Shown piece after piece: positions 61,018-64,000 of a stretch of 64,000 nt of DNA. Positions within the stretch are counted from its first letter, which is position 1, and each line of letters opens with the position of its first letter. This DNA comes from Eledone cirrhosa (lineage: Eukaryota): the NCBI GenBank assembly GCA_964016885.1, contig CAXHJY010001754.1, forward strand, positions 1-64,000. The letters run 5' to 3'. The translations under genes and the position numbers were made by a program. The notes under the pieces were generated by a model that was not told the origin of the DNA, did not search any database, and saw only the letters and a program-made list of their open reading frames with translations.

Positions 61018-61072
61018 ACTGCTATATATATTTCAGTGACAGCCATCTTTGGCTGTGACCTCTTCAGGCAGT
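61018..61072 (-). ncRNA. Minimal type-I hammerhead ribozyme (homologue of 840-895)
   Basis: Reverse complement reads ACTGC-CTGAAGA-ggtcACAGCCaaagatGGCTGTcact-GAAA-TATATATA-GCAGT. Confidence 0.85.
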
Positions 61073-61177
<105 letters not shown>

Positions 61178-61240
61178 CATATATATATTTTCGGGGAAAT
61201 TATTGGATTTTTCAAATTTAAAGGTTTATTTCACGCTTTA

Positions 61241-61300
61241 CCCTCTGAAGAGCTCAGGCTATTTTAACTAATAATCTTCAGTGAAATACGTATAATGGAG
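61241..61300 (+). ncRNA. Decayed hammerhead-like motif
   Basis: CTGAAGA (61245)...GAAA-TACGTA-TA (61283-61294) in an insert of about 150 bp in (TA)n. Stems I and II are poor. Confidence 0.4.
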
Positions 61301-61338
61301 TTTTAAATAATCAATCAACTGAATATGGCTTCCGATCT

Positions 61339-61372
<34 letters not shown>

Positions 61373-61643
61373 GGGGGGGTGTACGTATGTACATATGTAT
61401 GTATGTACGTATGTAAAACTGTTTTGCGTATATATGTGTGAGTATATTTATGTATGCGCATGCGTATTGAGAGATTTGCTGACACGTGTTTACAGAGGAC
61501 CGGTGAGTTTGTTTCATGTAAACCACAAAACCACTTTCACCACAACAATTCAATTATTTATAAAGAGATGGATATAAATAAATAATGGAGAGATGGAAGT
61601 AAGTAAAAGGGAGAGAAGAGAACACACACACACACATATACAA

Positions 61644-61675
<32 letters not shown>

Positions 61676-61786
61676 AGACACACATACAGACAGACATACA
61701 GACACACAGGCACACACACCGACACATGCATGTATAAATATATATTATCTGTATATATATATATATATAACATATACGTATGTAAA

Positions 61787-61854
<68 letters not shown>

Positions 61855-61896
61855 TACATATTTATATACGTATATAAATGTATATATATATAATAT

Positions 61897-61994
<98 letters not shown>

Positions 61995-62021
61995 TACATA
62001 TTTATATACGTATATAAATGT

Positions 62022-62124
<103 letters not shown>

Positions 62125-62191
62125 CACACATACATATTTATATACGTATATAAATGTATATATATGTATATATATGTGTGTGTGTGTGTAA

Positions 62192-62244
<53 letters not shown>

Positions 62245-63010
62245 GAGAGAGAGGGAGAGAGAGAGAGAGAGGGGGGGGGGGAGAAAGAAAGTGTGCTGAG
62301 AATGTTTTGACAGAAATTTATGTTGACGCCGGTTGCCAGCAACGCGTGCCTCTACTTGAGGAAAACGGGGGTTCTTTAAGAATAACCAGAAAAACAACAA
62401 CAGCAACATCAACAGCAACAGCAGCATCAACAGCAACAACAGCAGCAACAAGAACAGCAACGACAGCAGCAACAACAGCCACAACAATAGCAGCAACAAT
62501 AGCCATCAACAGTCATCACAAAAGCCACAATAAGGAGGACATTCTTCACAACCACCGCCAGCACCGCGCCACGCCCAAACCATCACAACCACCGCCGCCA
62601 CACCAACAACACCACCACCGCACCATCAAAACCACCACAACCACCGCTACACCAAAGCCATCACAACCACCACCACCACCAGCACCACACCATCAAAACC
62701 ACCACAGCCACCACCAAACCATTACAGCCACCACCTCATCATCACAACCACGCCACGCCACCAAACCACCACAACCAGCGCCACACCATCAAAACCACAA
62801 CCGCCCCTCCATCAAAACCATTAGCATTAACAATATCAAAAACACCAGTAATAACAATGAACTAAATAGCAAACGACCTCATTCTGTCTACGAGTATTTT
62901 AAGAGAATACACAATTGCTAAAGTAAACTTTGAAATTTAGATTTGATTTATCGAAGTGACACTAATAATGTCTTCTATGTTAAGGTAGTATTGTTGTTTA
63001 GCTCCGAGCT

Positions 63011-63410
63011 AGCTCTGACTGACGAGAAAGTCATATATTCAAAGACATCTAGCTCTGACTGACGAGAAATTCTTATATTCAAAGACATCTAGCTCTGACT
63101 GACGAGAAAGTCTTATATTCAAAGACGTCTAGCTCTGACTGACGAGAAAGTCTTATATTCAAAGACATCTAGCTCTGACTGACGAGAAAGTCATATATTC
63201 AAAGGCATCTAGCTCTGACTGACGAGAAAGTCTTATATTCAAAGACATCTAGCTCTGACTGACGAGAAAGTCTTATATTCAAAGACATCTAGCTCTGACT
63301 GACGAGAAAGTCTTATATTCAAAGACATCTAGCTCTGACTGATCTGAAAGTCTTATATTCAAAGACATCTAGCTCTGTCTGACGTGAAAGTCTTATATTC
63401 AAAAACGTCT
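63011..63410. repeat. 40-bp minisatellite, 10 units
   Basis: AGCTCTGACTGACGAGAAAGTCTTATATTCAAAGACATCT at an exact 40-bp period. Confidence 0.97.
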
Positions 63411-63509
63411 CAAACGTACTCAGTTTTTCTTTTTTGCTTTTTTTGTTTACAGTAAAATATATCCCATTTCGGCCGATTCTATTCGCGATCGTTTATCTTT
63501 CAGCCGAAA

Positions 63510-63785
63510 GGGATTCCTCCGAAGGGTCTTTGGAGTAACGTTACTCGATAAAGAATGTGAAGCTCGGAGATCAGGGAGTCACTCCATGTAGAGCCGCTAC
63601 TTCTCCGAATTGAGAGATCTCACAGCTCTGATACTATAGACATGTGGTTAGAACATCTCAGGAAAGAATCGCTGGACAGATTGTACGGACATAACCAAAA
63701 GACAGGAGACCCAGGGGTAGACCCCAAGCAAGATGGTTGGATAACATCTATTTGCTAGGCTGGCCACGCTTGGGACCCACTGGGG
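63510..63785 (+). pseudogene. RTE-clade LINE C-terminal fragment
   Basis: Frameshifted translation GFLRRVFGVTLLDK...SSEIRESLHVEPLLLRIERS...RRPRGRPQARWLDNI with internal stops. Confidence 0.8.
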
Positions 63786-63814
63786 GGAATGTTCGAGAAC
63801 TCTGCCCCAACGAC

Positions 63815-63905
63815 CACGGCAGGATTTGAACTCAGAGAGCAGAAAGTCGGAACTTATACCACTAAGTATTCTATCTGACGTTCGAATGACTTTACCAATT
63901 TTCCT
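63815..63905 (-). mobile_element. SINE head fragment
   Basis: GGATTTGAACTCAGAG...CTATCTGACGTTCGAATGACTTTACCAATT is the reverse complement of the tRNA-like head. Confidence 0.7.
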
Positions 63906-64000
63906 CCTACATCCAATCCACAGATATTGATAAACGCAACATAAACACATACACACATACATTCACACATACACACACAGCAGAGAGGTATGTGTAAAGA

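Noticed and set aside
63011-63410. 40-bp repeat containing CTGACGA-GAAA as a tandem hammerhead array or CRISPR
   Set aside because: There is no stem II, no stem I and no clean UH after the GTC/GAC pairing, and there are no unique spacers. It appears derived from a dispersed repeat that is weakly similar to about 56845-56910.

Overview
AT-rich, microsatellite-saturated eukaryotic DNA with no host protein-coding gene I can recognise. It is probably intergenic or inside a very large intron. The dominant tRNA-headed SINE resembles what I recall of octopod cephalopod SINEs, so an octopus-like mollusc is my inference, not a database result. Almost all ORFs in the supplied track are translations of simple repeats. 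The real coding relics are all retroelements: a Penelope-like (PLE) reverse transcriptase fragment, an R4/Dong-type restriction-like endonuclease fragment, and RTE-clade 3' ends. The most interesting layer is hidden between the (TA)n tracts. About 15 short non-coding inserts, from several families I cannot align to each other, carry complete, decayed or half type-I hammerhead ribozyme (HHR) motifs. Many are fold-back palindromes whose turning point lies in or just 5' of the ribozyme. Many share a small motif (about TYGAGYVCT) downstream of the ribozyme. A 615-bp unit carrying three copies of that motif and a decayed HHR-like fold is amplified as about 5.4 apparently identical tandem copies inside a (TA)n tract. 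All alignments and folds were made by eye, so coordinates may be off by a few bases.
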